A stretch of DNA of 64,000 nucleotides from Eledone cirrhosa (GCA_964016885.1 OZ024749.1:41602001-41666000); one strand, 5' to 3'. Shown: positions 1-16,192, counted from the first letter of the stretch. The notes: generated by a model from the sequence alone, not told the origin. Translations and numbers: made by a program.

Positions 1-167
1 AATATAGGTCTTGTTCTATATCACTGTGTTCATTAGCAGCCAATTTCACACTGGAATGGAAGATTACAAGATATGAAGTGTGGCTTTCTGATAGACTCCC
101 ACTCCACCTGCCGAACTATTTCACCCAAGACAAAAAAAAAAAGGCAACGGCAATAAGAAACACTTAC

Positions 168-307
168 CATTTTATAAATGCAGACGATACTTCTATAAAA
201 CTTTGTAGAACAGCTTCATCTTCCAAGAGTAGAGCTGGTCCAGGACTGGAAGCTTGTGGAACTTTCTGTTTGTTCGACCAGGTTTTCAAAACATTTTCAA
301 AAATCTG
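168..307 (-). CDS. DGKH: DGK exon: (Q)[45 protein letters not shown]
   Basis: Tandem CAGCAG acceptor (exon start 307 or 304), GTAAGT donor. Confidence 0.88.
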
Positions 308-897
308 CTGAGAAAAAAGCAAGTCACAAGTTAGAAAGGTGACATAAATATCTTCTCCTTTCTCCTTCCATTAATCTATACACACACATCATCATCAACA
401 TTCAACATCTGCTCTTCCATTGTGGTGTGGGTGGGACTAGGCATAATTGGAGCTAAGTGTGAATGGGACTATGCGTTGGTGGAGTTAAGTGTAGGTGGGA
501 CTCAATGTGGGTGGAGCAAGGTATGGTTGGGAGTTGGTGTAGGTGAGGTTAGGTGTGGGTGTGGGACTCAGCTTGATGCCCTTCTTACCACCAACCAATT
601 TACAGCATGTAGTAAGCACATTCATCATGTAGATCACCAACACTAGGGAGGTTGTCATGTCTTTGATACAGCTTTGGCAAGCTTTAAACATATATATATA
701 TATATATATATATGTTTGGGTGTCCCAAAAGAATGCACACACACTTTGGTAATATTAATTAGATTTCGCAGGCTTTCCCCCAAAATAAAATGATCTACAG
801 ACACAATTCAACTGTGTGCTAACACCCAAAATGTTTACATAATTTAAATAATGCACTTTTAAAGATGTTGTTGTGGATACAATTTTTGGGGACACCC

Positions 898-941
<44 letters not shown>

Positions 942-1934
942 AGTTATTTATGAATAACAAAAGGTATGGAGCAGCTTCATACTAAACAGTGTGGTAAGGG
1001 TATTGGTATGTCACCAGAGGGTCACTAACTACAAACTATATTGAAACAATAATAAACTGTATTATACATTACCCGATCTCTCGTCAACATCTGTGCTCTG
1101 TTTTTATGTACAATACGGATATATCCGGGTGGCTGCATCCAGGCTTCACCATCTACCTGCACAGGCACACCTTCGTCACCCATAATTGTCACCTTCACCG
1201 TCCGACACTACAATGTACAAAATATAAAACATTAAGCGATGATGGGAATAAAACAACCACAACAAAATAAAGAATGATAAATGAAAATTGAAATATCAAC
1301 ACTTTTGATACCAAACCATCTCTGGTTCTATGAAACAAAATTGTTCACAATCTCTCCATCAGTAAAGATACTATAAACATTTGAATTAACAAACCTATTT
1401 TTAGATATTTTCTGTTAAATTACAGGATGTTAAGAGATAATACTACATATTTTCACAAAGATCTGGCCACCAGTAAAGATATTATAAACATTTGAATTAA
1501 CAAACTCATTTTTACATATTTTTTGCTAAACAATTACAGGATGTTAAGAATTAAATATCATCATCATCATAATTTTATATATAAACCAGAAGTAACCTTA
1601 ACAATGGTTTCAATGCGACTAGAAGACAAAGAAACTCTCAGCAATTATGCAGTTTAAGTTATTTAGTACAAATAACCTCACACCTGTACTAAATAATGAA
1701 GGTGTAATTAATGTTACATACCTGTGCTATACGATGATGGTGTAAGTCTATCACTCGGGACACAGCCATTTGCACAGAACCAAATACTGCAACCACTTCT
1801 AGTATTTTGTCATCAAAGCTGGGAGCAGTAAAATTCTACAAATAATATATATTATATACATGTAGCAACATATGGAGAATATAGACAGTGTTGTGTATAT
1901 GTGTGTGTGTGTGTGTGTGTATACCCACACACAC

Positions 1935-1967
<33 letters not shown>

Positions 1968-3965
1968 TATTTGTGTGTGTGAATTTTGTATATCTAATGA
2001 TATAAATATTTGGAAACCCCTTTAGCTATGAATATAGAAAATCTGACAGCTAACACTATCTGGCGGATTCCAGCAACGTGTTTCTGGTTTAAGGTCGCCA
2101 TCAAGACAGTGCTTCCTTGTCCTGCTTTCTTCTGGATTTTTGAAACAGGCAAAAACATAGTTTTTTTCACCTATGTACATGGGCTGACTAGCCTCATTTG
2201 CATATGAAGCATATACAAACACACACACACATATGTATATAAATATATATATCACATAAGAAACGGAGAATCAGTGGTGCGACGAATAAGATTTATTAGA
2301 CGTACTACAATCATTTCTCTGGCGACCAGCTCAAGGCCCGATTGATGCAATGATCAAACCTACCAGTTGCGTAGTCCCCCACCCAACAATAGAAAAAAAT
2401 CATTATCTCTAAAAAGTAGGTATATACTACTTCCAAGAAGATAAAGTAAACCCCAACAAAACATTATCCCTAAAAGATATGTACTCCTATATACTATTTT
2501 AGAGATGTTAGTTGTGACCCCTCCAACCCCTGCCAGGAGAAACAGTGACAAACATAATTCTAAGACAGGGATTACGTCTATAAACATACTTACATCATCT
2601 TCTTTGGTCCCTCCCCAAAAGTTGGCACCACCCATATAACTGGAAAATAGATAATTAACCAAAATAAGGACAACATAGCCCAGGTGATACAAAAGAATTG
2701 ATAGCAACAACAACAGCAACATTGAGATGTTACATTACAACCTCTACTACTAACATCACAACACCATCACACAACTTCCACTACTAACATAACACCATCA
2801 CACAACTTCCACTACTGACATCACAACACCATCATCAACACAACCACAGTCAACCCCCCCCCCCACCACTATGAAAAGTCAGTAAGACAGGTACAAAGAG
2901 AGAGTGAGAGAGAGTCACACGTACCTGGGGATATTCAGTATAACAATACCCTGTAAACTAGGCAGTGGTATACGCTGGCCATCACACTCCAACTGGACAC
3001 GTTGGTCAAGGTTTTTAAAGGTTCGTTGCAATATTTCTTTACCTCCCAGTACACTGTACCACATGAAGTTTTTGGTCCTGCTCCTGTAATACAGAAGAAT
3101 GAGGCTCTACATTGACAGAATGACTTTTATATATATGCTTGCTTTAATTTTTTATATGATGCAGTCATATTGTTGTTTTGTACTTTATAACAATGTCTTA
3201 CCTATTCATCCTTATCTTATGTCTATTTTCCACACTGGCATAGATTAGACAGGTTGTTACAGTCCAAGACATGTCAAAGCAAAGGAGACCTTGGCTTGCT
3301 CATATGTTCCATATTTCTAGCATGGTTTCTATGTACTGTGAGCATTTTATACTTTACTGAGTGTACTGTATGTATTTTATCTTGGCACCAACACTACCAC
3401 TTTACAGTGTATACTGGGTGCTCTTTATCCTGGCACTAACTCTACTATTTTACACAGTATATAAAATGGCAAAAGTATTGCCAGAGAATGGCAAGTGGCA
3501 CCTGCTGCAACAACCACTCCATGTCACAGAGTTCCTTCTTCAAGTGAGCTGCTGTATTTCATATTTTATGAAGGAATCAACAGTGTGGGGACCAAGGACA
3601 CCTGAGGGCTCGACAGCAACCGAATAAAGAATTATAGAAAGTTATCTACAAACCTGCATTTCTCTGGGTGTTCTTCCCTTTTCAAGTGGAAATCTAAAGA
3701 AATTTTGGCATCAAGCCCAATTCCAAAATAATTATTCATAACACATCTCTCTGTGTACTCTTCACTGAAATGAAACCAAACCAGAAAGAAATTAATACAT
3801 ATATAGACACAAACACATACATGCACAAACATATATAGATGTACACACACATATCAAACAATGAAAGAATAAGAAAAACAAAGTGAAGTTGTTTATTAAT
3901 TCACTGTTTTTCATTTGTTTCAGATAGAAAAATTATCTGTGAACCAAGATTCCACTGTGTGTGTG

Positions 3966-4014
<49 letters not shown>

Positions 4015-4285
4015 TAAGAATAAAGGAACAAAGAATCAGTGTTGCATCATAACATATTACATATGTTTCATTGTCGATCAGCTCGAGGAATGATGCATTA
4101 TTGATCGAACCTGATCAGAGATGAGCTTACATACTGAAGCATATCTGAGGATCTTTCGATTCCAGAGTCAGATTCAATCAATAATAGATCATTCCTCGAG
4201 CTGATCGACAGTGAAACATATGTAATATGTTATAATGCAACACTGATTCTTTCTTCCTTTATTCTTATACTATATATATATATAT

Positions 4286-4343
<58 letters not shown>

Positions 4344-5109
4344 CAAGAGATAGACAGATAGATATAAATAAATATATATATAGAGGACTTACAGATGTAT
4401 ATCCTCTTCAACAAGAGGGGAAGCTGCTGCACACAATGCATCTGCATTTGCTAACAACACCTGACTGATAAAACTACCTCCTGCAAGACGGCCAGCTATT
4501 GAACTGCTGATACCTGTAATAACACAATATTGTTGTATTTAGAACAGAGACAGACGTGGTCTGAATGTTTGCAACAGAAGGACACCCCCAAGGACCACCA
4601 CATGACAAAGTGGTGTAGCTCAGGCTGGTCCTTCGGTGGTCTAGTTCTTTGGTTAGAAACAACCTGCTCATTGAATTAACTTTTCTGGGCAAGGCACATT
4701 GTGTCGCCGATAGTGTAATCTACCCTTAATATATAATGCAATGTCAAGGGAAGCAATTCATAAACATTTCTAGCGTACTAAAGGTTAACATGTAAGTGGC
4801 TGACTATTCCATAGACATGCTGTATGATAAGTGCTTTGAATCACAGATATAGTTCATCCAATGGATTTCCAAACAGTTTCTGTCTAACCAATTTTACTTT
4901 ATATGTCTTGGGTTGACTCAAGGCTATAGTCAAAGACAGTTGCCCACCCAAGGGGTTCAAACCCAGAACCTGATGATTGGGAAGTGAATCTCTTAACTAC
5001 ACAGCCATGCCATGACCATTAGATGCATATATATATATATATATAGTAAATCGGAAAGTACGCATCAAGTGCTCACTCTGGTCAACCTACGGTAACTGGA
5101 TGTTACAAT

Positions 5110-5160
<51 letters not shown>

Positions 5161-8100
5161 ATAGAGCCTGTGGTGCTGAGATGGGGAGACCACTAATCAT
5201 GGGAGTACTCAATGCATGGGGAGATGCAGAGTGGGTACAGAGATATGTAAAATCCCGACTGCAGCTCCAAGCAGTTTCAGCTTGTCTGACACAAACTGAA
5301 TATAAGGGGAAAAGAAATTCTTACTCAGACGGTAACAGTTTTTGAAGCACCTTCTATTGTGCATTCACAAGTTGTAAGTGCATCTAACAATTATTACGTA
5401 AGTATATGTATATATAGATATAAATATATATACACACGCACAGACGTTGTGTCACATTTCCTACATCTTATTCTGTTCCTGAGAGTCTTAACATTTCATG
5501 ACAGAAGTCAATATAAGAGGTGGGGCGTGGCAGGAGGAGGAAGGGTTGTTGCTTTGTTGACTGAAAAACTAGAACATTGAAAGACTACTATTGGTAGTAA
5601 AATCTATTGTAAATAGACTGACATGAAGAATGTGTGTCAATATAAAACTTTGCACATCAATCCAACCCATGTTATGAAGCAAGGGTAGACAAAAAAAAAA
5701 TGAAGTGTTAAAAAGAATTAAATTAAAAATGAAGAAAGTACAAACCCGACATGTTAATTTTAGATCATTTTTGTGAAAACAAAAATGAAATTAAAAACAG
5801 AAATGTTTGACCCTTTCGTTACCATATTTCCAATGAAAGACACTGTATATGATTTTCAATTAATTTTGAAAATAATGAAGAATTTGGAAGGATTTAGTAA
5901 AATATACTAACTTTCTCATTATTAAGCTGGTGTTTGGAACATAACAAATATTCTTACATAAAATTATGATGGAAGATTTTTAGATAAATAAAAACACTTT
6001 AAATCAAAAGGCTTTATATCAGAGAAACAGGCAAATTGGCATTAGCTTCTGGAACAGCTCCTCGTTTTAAAGTGTTTAAATTTATCTAAAAAAAACAACC
6101 CTTCCATCATAATTTTATATAAGAAAATTTTATTAAATTATGTTTCAAACACCAGCTTAAAAAATGATATCTGATTCAGGGTGAAGGTCATCAATTTGTG
6201 TGGAGGCATGTGGCCTAGTAGGAAAGGTGTTGGACTTTGATAAAAATGATGTGGGTTCAATTCCTGGACTGGGTTGTGTGTTGTGTTCTTGAGCGAAACA
6301 CTTCATTTCACATTCCTTCAGTATACCCAACTGAAAATTAGTACCAACAATAGCTGAGGGGTTTAACCCTGCAATGGACAGACATCCTGTCCAGGGAAAC
6401 AGATTTGTATTTTCAGTCACTTAATGGCATGTAAAATCTGATGAGTTTCTAGGCTCAAGACAGACTTTAGACCAACAATTCGTGGGTGGAGTGGAGGGGG
6501 GGGGGGGGGTGATTAGGTCGGCCTTGGTATTTGACTGATACTTTATTGTATCAACCTTGAAAAGATGAAAAGCAAAGTTGACTTTGGTGGGATTCGAACA
6601 CAGAATGTTAAGAGCTAGAAAAATACTGGTAAGCATTTGTCCGACGCTCTAATCCATCACCCTAAACACAAGATTAACAATGATAAAAGTTATATTATTA
6701 AATCCCTTTTATTTCTTGATTATTTTCAAAATTATTTGAAAATCATAGGCTGTGTCTTTTATGTTAATGAAAGAGTAAAAGCAAGATTGGTGTTTGTTAA
6801 AAAAGATTCTTGTTTGATGCACATTGCTGTTGAAATGTTGTAAATGTCCTTAGTAAAAGCAGATATTAAAGATGATAAGCTCAGTAGGGTTATCAGCAAA
6901 TACCCAGCAATAAGATGTTTTTTTAAAAATTTATTTAGTTAGTAGCTGATAGCTGGATGGGAGACAGCAGTGTACTTGTGGTGGGGGATAGGGGACAGTG
7001 AGGTGAGGTCCTAATGGTGAGGGACAGTAGTGTACTTGTGGTGGGTATTAGGGGACAGCAGTGTTCTAGTGGTGGGAGACAGCAGTGTCTGAGTGGTGGG
7101 GGACTGTGATGTCCTAGTGGTGTTGTCTGGTCACAGTTGTTCATTAACAGCCTCAAGTGTTATCAACAAAATACCAGATAAAAGCAAAGCTCTGGCTTCA
7201 CAGAAATATATGAATATACTCTACAACATGGACTGAGTACACTTCCTTTCATTTCTTAAACAAAAAAAAAATGTGTGTGTATCTGTGTATAATGTGTGTG
7301 TATACGTCGAAACGGCCGGAGCCCAGCCGTTGGGGTCCTGAATCTTTTCATATATATATATATAAAAATATATATAAAACTATGAGATCCCTTCCACTTA
7401 ATCTTCAGACATCTGAAGACTACAGTGGCATGAAACCCACGTAGGAAGAAAGAAAATTCAGTAAAAAAATAAATAAAACATATTCTACAATATGTAATAA
7501 ATGTTTCCTTCCTCACGTGTTTAGAAAAAATAACATGGATCAGTCAAGGTTATGCTAGTACCAGTGATGTCATTGGTTAATCCAGAGGTGTGCTACACCT
7601 TGTGTAAATATTTTATTTACAGAAGGTGTAGGCCAGCTCTGGATGAAACAATCAAACCAATAGTACTACAATAACCTTGACTGATCTCATGAAGTTATAT
7701 ATACATATATTTACCTCTATGTGTGTATATGTAAGTATGTATGCATCAGAAAAAAGAAATGGCAATATACTTTTTAAAAAGGTGAGAATCATAACCGTAA
7801 AATTATAAACTGAAAGCAATTCAAGAAGTGATACATGCTTTAATAGTAAATAAAAATTGATAATAAAAACGTCCATTTTGATCTCCCATCATCCATCATG
7901 CACAACGAGTGAGATATAAAATGGCTTTTTACTCATCGAAAAGCTGTAACATTTTGGTTAAGAAACATAAACTATTCCAAATTGGAACACATTTAATGAA
8001 ATATCAGCAATTTAGACAAACCTATCTTACATCTGAGAGAAAAATATGTAAGAAGAGCTTTAACTTGAACACAGAGTTACAGTTATGGTGATTTGTTGGG

Positions 8101-11100
8101 AAGGGAGGGAAGGACAGGAGGACCTGACAGACACAGCCTCATCAGAAAAAAAAGCAACCAAGTTGAAAGTATAAATATGTATTTATGAATAAAATATTTA
8201 GCAGATAAGTTAGTGATTGACTGAAATTTCCAGAAGCTTTTTGGGGAGAAAGGGAAAGACTTTATTAGTCAAGTTTAGATTATGTGAAAATTTAGAATCA
8301 GCGATATATTTTGTGAAGTGCAGCTGAAGATTAAAAAAAAGGCATGGTAGCCAACAAAATGAAAAAATAGGTAGAAAAAAAAAAAACAATCAAACAATAG
8401 GAACAGCATGGTTTAGAGATTAAGATAGAATTAAGAATTAATTAATAAATTATTATGCAGCAACAACAACACTGACAAATAAGCACAGTTTACATTCATA
8501 GATCAAACGATAGCTAAACCACAAGATGAGTTACAGAAGATAGAGAATCAAACAAGAGAAAAGAAGAATGCTTGGTTTCAATTTTCAATAGACACACAGA
8601 AACACAAATATATAAATATAGATAGATATATAAAAAAACACAATGATAGGGAGACAAGACCTTTCCTCCAAAAAATACAAAACTGAGGTGTATGCAAGAC
8701 TTAGTGGGAATAGGGATCACATAATAAGTAAGTCCCATAGTGTAGGTGTGTCCTAGTGGCTAGGGTGTTGGATTTACAATCATAAGATCAAGGGTTCAAT
8801 TCCCAGACCAGGTAGCGTGCTGTGTTCTTGAGCAAGATGCTTCATTTCACATTGCTTTTTATGATAGGACTGACGCCCCTATCATTAAAACATTCAAGAA
8901 ACCTCCAAAGAGATGTAACCTCGTAGGTGGCCAGCTAAACCTACACAAGTATGGGCTGTAACAACAACATGACAGGACTGGTGCCCTAGCATTAAAATAC
9001 CCAAGAAAGCTTCTGTTAGATATAACACCATAGGAAGCCAGCTAAACTTACACAGGTGTGAGCTATGACAACACGATAGGACTGAAATCCTATCACTGAA
9101 ACATCTGAGAAACCTCTAATGAAATACTAACTCATAGGAGGCCAACTAAACCTACATAAGTGTGAGCTGTAACAACAACGACACAATATGGCTGGAGCCC
9201 CAATAATTAAAACACCCAAGAAACCACCTATGAAATGTAAGGTATATTTTACAAGAAATATAAGAAGTAGACTCCCTTTATGTCTATAGCAGTAATATAA
9301 AGGATCCACAATCAACCTTAGATTGTTTAACCCTTTAGCATCTAAACCGGCTATAATTCTCTGACCTCTTTCTGTTCAAACTGGCCATAACTGTCTGTTC
9401 ATACTTATGTTAAGATATTGTTCTCAAAATAAATAATATCAAAATCTCATAGATTCAATATTATGTGAGATGAAGTATTTACCATGAATATACAATAGTA
9501 AATATAGAGTAATTTAAATGGTAAAGGGTTAACAAGTCAAATGTGTTCATCCTTCTTCAGTTGACTCACTAAAAACAAGAAGAAAGCATGTGGCCCAGTT
9601 GACATGGATCTATAATATTGAGGGAGTCAACTCCCCAACAAGTTTTATTCTGTTCTATTACTTGTTGGTACATTATGTACACCACATGAATACGTATATA
9701 TATATATATATATATATTATTTCTACTTTTGGCACAAGGCCAGCAATTATCCCAGTGTATTACTGGTACTTTATATTTTATCAACGGCGTAAGGATGAAA
9801 GGCAAAGTTAACCTCGGCGGGATTTGAACTCAGACCATAAAGGGCCGTAACTCTTTGCTGCAAAGCATGGCGTCTAACCCTCTTACCAGCTTGGGAGGTC
9901 TACATATTACATCTGGCCCAAACCCATTACTAGCTTTGTATGTCTACATTTTACATCTGGCCCAAGCCCATTACCAGCAAAGAAGCATGTTAGTTCATAT
10001 TAATGGCTTTAATTTTTGATATGTTTGTTCCCACCCGGGAATCCTTAAACATAACAGATGTAGTAGTAGTAGAAGAAGAAAAGGTGAACAACAAGAAGAA
10101 CAAGAGGAAGAAGAAGAAGTAGTAGAAGTGGGAGTGATAAAAAGATATATAATAATATAATAAAAACTAACAGCAGGAAAGGAAAAAAAATATAAAGAAG
10201 AAGAGAAAAAAGGAGGAGATGAAAAAAGATAGGGAGAGTGACACCATCAGTCAGAAGTACAGGTTTACCTGGCAGCATAAGACAGGGCTGTGCTGCAGTG
10301 GTGGGCGAATGTGGAATGTCTTTGATGGGGCTCTTATCCCGAATTTTACTAAGATTTGAGCCAACACTGTGCGACTTGTTGAACATGCTCATACTGCTGA
10401 TACGCCGAGTGGCTGGCCCTCGAGGTGACCTGGAATATTCTGAAAGACAGAACAGCACCCTTTGTGATATATATGTTGTTTATCGGCAATTTCTCTCAAT
10501 AGAATACATCTAACCATAAGGTAATTTTTTTTTTACTGTCTTTATTTTTTCACCCATTTTCAAGAATAAGTCAAGACGGAGTTATCGTTCTTGAGATTTC
10601 CCCTTTTTAAGGATAATTTTAAGGAACTGATCTTACTAATGAATCAACTTGTATAGACCGTGCGACCTGATGGAAAATATAATGACTGAACTTTACATTT
10701 TTATCTCCTTTAGACCATATGTCATCTTTTAATACAGATTTATACGTGCTCAGTAATAATATTTATATATTTATCATCATCAAACGACACCAATTGGAGT
10801 TATAGATTGTATATAAGATATGTTTTTCTTCTAAAAAGAACTTCTGTGTTTTTCTTTCATTCACACAGCAGCTTCCATGACTGTTTAAAACAAGGTCCTC
10901 CATTCTAGAGTAGTGACAACAGCAACAACAAAACAATAGTAATGGTTTCTAATTTAGGCACAAGGCTAGCAACTCGAAGTAGACGAAAGGGAAAGTCAAT
11001 CGTATCAACACCAGTACTTGACTGGTACTTTATTTTATCAACCCAAGGATGAAAGGCAAAGCTAACCTCAGCAGAATTTAAACACAGAACTCACACAAAA

Positions 11101-13277
11101 GAAAATTAATAATGACTACAACAACAACAGTCAGCTTGACACAGCCTCTGAATAAAAGACTTGTTAGCTTTCTTTTTGAAATTCAAACAAACATTTGACA
11201 CAACTTCCTTCTGAATATGTTTCCATTCAAAATTATTAGTTAAAAGAGGATCACCATTCTATTGAAGGGACGACGACAACAACAACAACAATATAGTAAT
11301 AATAATAATGATTTCTGATTTATGCACAAGGCCAACAATTTTGGGGAGGGGTAATTCGATTAAATCGACCCCAGTACTTACTGGTGCTTAATTTTATCGA
11401 CCCCCGTAAGGATGAAAGGCAAAGCTAACCTCGGTGGGATTTGAACTCAGGAAAAAATAATTATAATTGAAACTCTACTGGTGCGTGTTTTTATTGACAG
11501 TATCATCCCCTCAAAGTATAACAATAATTATAATAATATTCTTAAAAGATATTTAAAGTTTTAAATGAGGTACTGTTTACATTTTATTTTAACGCAAAGG
11601 GACATAACTGTATGCTTACAAAGCATATTGTCCGACGCTCTACTGATAAACATGAAAAGCAAAGAATTTTGTCCAACGCTCTGCCAATACTGCCAATCCG
11701 CTGCCTTAATTAATAATAGTAATAATAATAATAATAATATCAACAATAACAAGAACAGTCAACAAGGCACAGTTTTTGTATGAAAGATTCATTAGGTTTC
11801 CTTTCAAAATTTAAGACATCATTCAGCACAACCAACTTCAACAGAAATTTCCTTTCAAATATAAAACATCAGTTATTTTTCAGTGAACACCACAGACAAA
11901 AGTATGTTAAACAGTACTAATTTTTTTCTAAATACTTATTCCTTTCAGACAGAAAGATCTCTCAGATAAAGACTCCATACACACACAACAACAAAATAAT
12001 CTTACATGACCCTCACAGTAGCAGACCATTGTCGTTTAGTCCAAGAATAAATCAAACATCATTCTTCACTCTGATTTTTACGAACAAAACATAAAAAAAA
12101 AAGAAAAGGTCTCTCACAAAAAAATGTTCCGATATATAAAGTTATGTAGTATTATATATATATATATATAGTGAGACACGGTCACCCGACCCAACTCCCC
12201 TCAAGTGTGACAAGCCAGACTAATCCATGCTAACGTGGAAGATAGACGTTAGATGATGATATATTAATTTGATTAAAACAACAGGAGGCTGAGTTGGTAC
12301 TATTCCTTTATAAATATATCATCATCACAGTTTAATGTCTATTTTTCCATGCTTGCATGGGTTAGATGGGTCGCCCACATTATGAGACAAGTCTGGCCAG
12401 CTGGCCATGCCATAACTTGCTCAGATGGAACTGTATTTTGGCTAGGAGTTTTACAGTTGGATGCCCTTCCTAACACCAACCACGTTTACAGCGTGGGACT
12501 GGATGGCACCATAATGAAGAGGGTCTGGTCAGTTGGCTGCGCTGTACCCTGCTCACATTGGAACCACAAATTGGGACCTGGGTAGGCCCTTTATGAGAAA
12601 GGTAAAGCCAGTTGGCCACACCAATACTTACTCTTAACGGAGCTGCGTTACTGGTGGTCCTGTAATGAGCCAAGTCTGGCTATATGGCCACATCGTACCT
12701 TGTACATCTCAGGACTGTTACTGAATTTTGGGATCTGGGTGGTCCCGTTATGAGGGAGGTCTGGCCAGTTGGCCACACCATGCCTTGTTCATGGTGGGGC
12801 CATGATACTGGAAGGTCATGTCATGAGACAAGTCTGGCTAGATGGCCGCACAGTAGTTTAGAAATGAACGAGGCAGAATGGTTACTGTAGTGACCCTGCA
12901 CATGCGTTTTGCAAACACAGACAAGTTAGGGAAGAAAACTCCGATCGCTTGTTTCATTCTGGAGTGTTTCAGCTTCACATCTGAAAAGAGGGTAATAGCC
13001 CTGAAATATCAAGCTAACATACACTGAGATGTTTACTCACAGGGGTATGACAGAAAACTAAGCTATAGCTTATATACTTTCAGTGTATAAATTATCAGTT
13101 AGAGAAGTTCATTAGAGGTATATAGTGCATGCTTGACATGCCTGGGATAAATTAGTAGTGGGAGCTAGTTGTACTGCTAACTGTCAATATTATACGTAAT
13201 ATTGAGGTGACTTCTACAAGGAAATATATATATAGTGTGTATATATATGTATATATATATATATACAAAATTATTAT

Positions 13278-13318
<41 letters not shown>

Positions 13319-15424
13319 AAATTATTATTACTATATATATATATATATATATACAAAATTATTATTATTACTATATATATATATATATACATACATACAC
13401 AAACACTTAACTCTTCTGTGGGATGGAGAGAGAAAAGTTTATCAAGTAAATGAGAGATAGAGAGGGGAGGGTAAAATAGGTGCGCAGTAAAGAATATGGA
13501 GAGGAACTGTGTCTGAGAACAGAGAGAGAGATAATAGAAAGGAAGAAACCATTCCTAAACTACATGGCATAACAGCAGGTATTACATTATAAGGAACAGG
13601 TATTTCATCATAGGTAGTATATAACAGATACTAATATAATAACTACAATATGGCAGGTGACTACAGGGCAGGTGTTTATATGACAGGTGACTATATGACA
13701 GGTGACTATATGAAAGGTAAATATATGGCAGGTGACTAATGCAGCAGATCCTACTCATCAAAAATTGAACATCTAGTTGAATAGGAATGAAAAAAAAGAT
13801 TCATATATATATATATATACACACATAATAATGAAATAGTGCAGAAACATTGCACACGGATTGGCAAAACTAGTCAGGACTTTGAAGAAAAGATAGTTAT
13901 TTTTTTGTCTATTATTTTCTATTTTGTAATTTGATATATATATACTGTAGTATAGGTTTGGTAGAAATATCCAAGAGTTTAGAGCACTCAGTCCATAAGG
14001 ACGAGTTAAGTATAACTAGTTACAACAGTGACATATACAAGTACTTAAGTTTTGTTGGGTTATACACCCCAGCTCATTCAGCTGAATGAGTTGAGGTGTA
14101 TAACTCAATGAAACTTAAGTACCTGTATATATCACTGTTGTAACTAATTATATATATATATACATTTGTGTTGGAGCTCTGAAATAGGGATGTATATATG
14201 AATGTACGTATTGTATATTTGATAATATACTGTATGTTTATTTTAAAACATTTTGAAGGCATTTTGGTATGAATAGTCACATACCCAGCTTCAGCAAAAA
14301 CAATGGGGAATAACCAACGCGTTTCTCGTTGTTTAGAGGTTATCAAGGATATACCCCTCTCTCTATTTTCGAGAGAGGGGTATATATCCTTGATAACAGC
14401 TAAACAGCAGTTTTACACATAGAAAGCTCCCTCTGAGGCACATGCCCGGGCAAGGTATCATTGTGGAAGATAGAAGCCACCCATGCATACCCGTCTCCCC
14501 TTTCCAATGACAGATTTGTCAAAGGAAAAAGCAAAGACCAATATAGCTTGGCACTAGAGACGTTTTTTTTCCCAGCTGAGTGTGCTGGAGCAATGTGAAA
14601 TAAAGTGTCTTGCTCAAGAAGACAATAGATTGCCTGGTTCAGAAATTGAACTCACAACCTCATGATTGTGAGCCCAACACTAACCGACACACCTTCAAAT
14701 ATGTGTGTGTGTGTATATATATATATATATGTGAGTCCCGGGTTCAATTGGGGGTAACCACAGTAAGTAAGGTACTCAATACATTAGTAGAGTGTATACA
14801 ACAAATTTAATATAGAAATGGCTTCTACAGGACTAGAAATGTTTCATTCGAAGGAAATCATCAGGAAAAGGCCTGATGATGTCCTTCAAACGAAACAGTT
14901 CTATTCCTGTAGAAGCCATTTCTATATTAAATTTTGTTAAATATATAATATGTATAAATAGAGAGATATCATCATTGTTTTCTGTCCATCTGCATTGGAC
15001 TGAATTGCACAAACTGAGACTAGACCAGGGGAACACATCTGGAGGGGTAATTTATGCAATTTTATCAACTATTATATCTAGCGATTGACTGTTACTGCAC
15101 TTATTTTCTGTGTTTAGGACGTTCACATTTTCAAATTTCAAACACTCCCAAAGCTTTGATAGTTCATATATACATATATGATATATACATATATATATCA
15201 TATATGATATATATATATATATATCATATATGATATATATATATATCATATATGATATATATATATATATATATATCATATATGATATATATATATATAT
15301 ATATATATCATATATGATATATATATATATATATATATATCATATATGATATATATATATATATATATATCATATATGATATATATATCATATATGATAT
15401 ATATATATATATATATATCATATA

Positions 15425-15462
<38 letters not shown>

Positions 15463-15980
15463 TATATGATATATATATATATATATCATATATGATATAT
15501 ATATATATATATATATATCATATATGATATATATATATATATATATATATCATATATGATATATATATATATATATATATCATATATGATATATATATAT
15601 ATATATATATATCATATATGATATATATATATATATATATATATCATATATGATATATATATATATATATCATATATGATATATATATATATATATATAT
15701 GATATATATATATATATATATATCATATATGATATATATATATATATATATATCATATATGATATATATATCATATATGATATATATATATATATATATA
15801 TCATATATGATATATATATATATATATATATCATATATATATATATATATATATCATATATGATATATATATATATATATCATATATGATATATATATAT
15901 ATATATATATATCATATATGATATATATATATATATATATATATCATATATGATATATATATATATATATATATCATATA

Positions 15981-16020
<40 letters not shown>

Positions 16021-16033
16021 TATATATATATAT

Positions 16034-16068
<35 letters not shown>

Positions 16069-16192
16069 TATATACATATACATATATATACCATATATAC
16101 ATATACATATCATATATGATATATATATATATATATATATATCATATATACATATACATATATATACCATATATACATATACATATCATATA

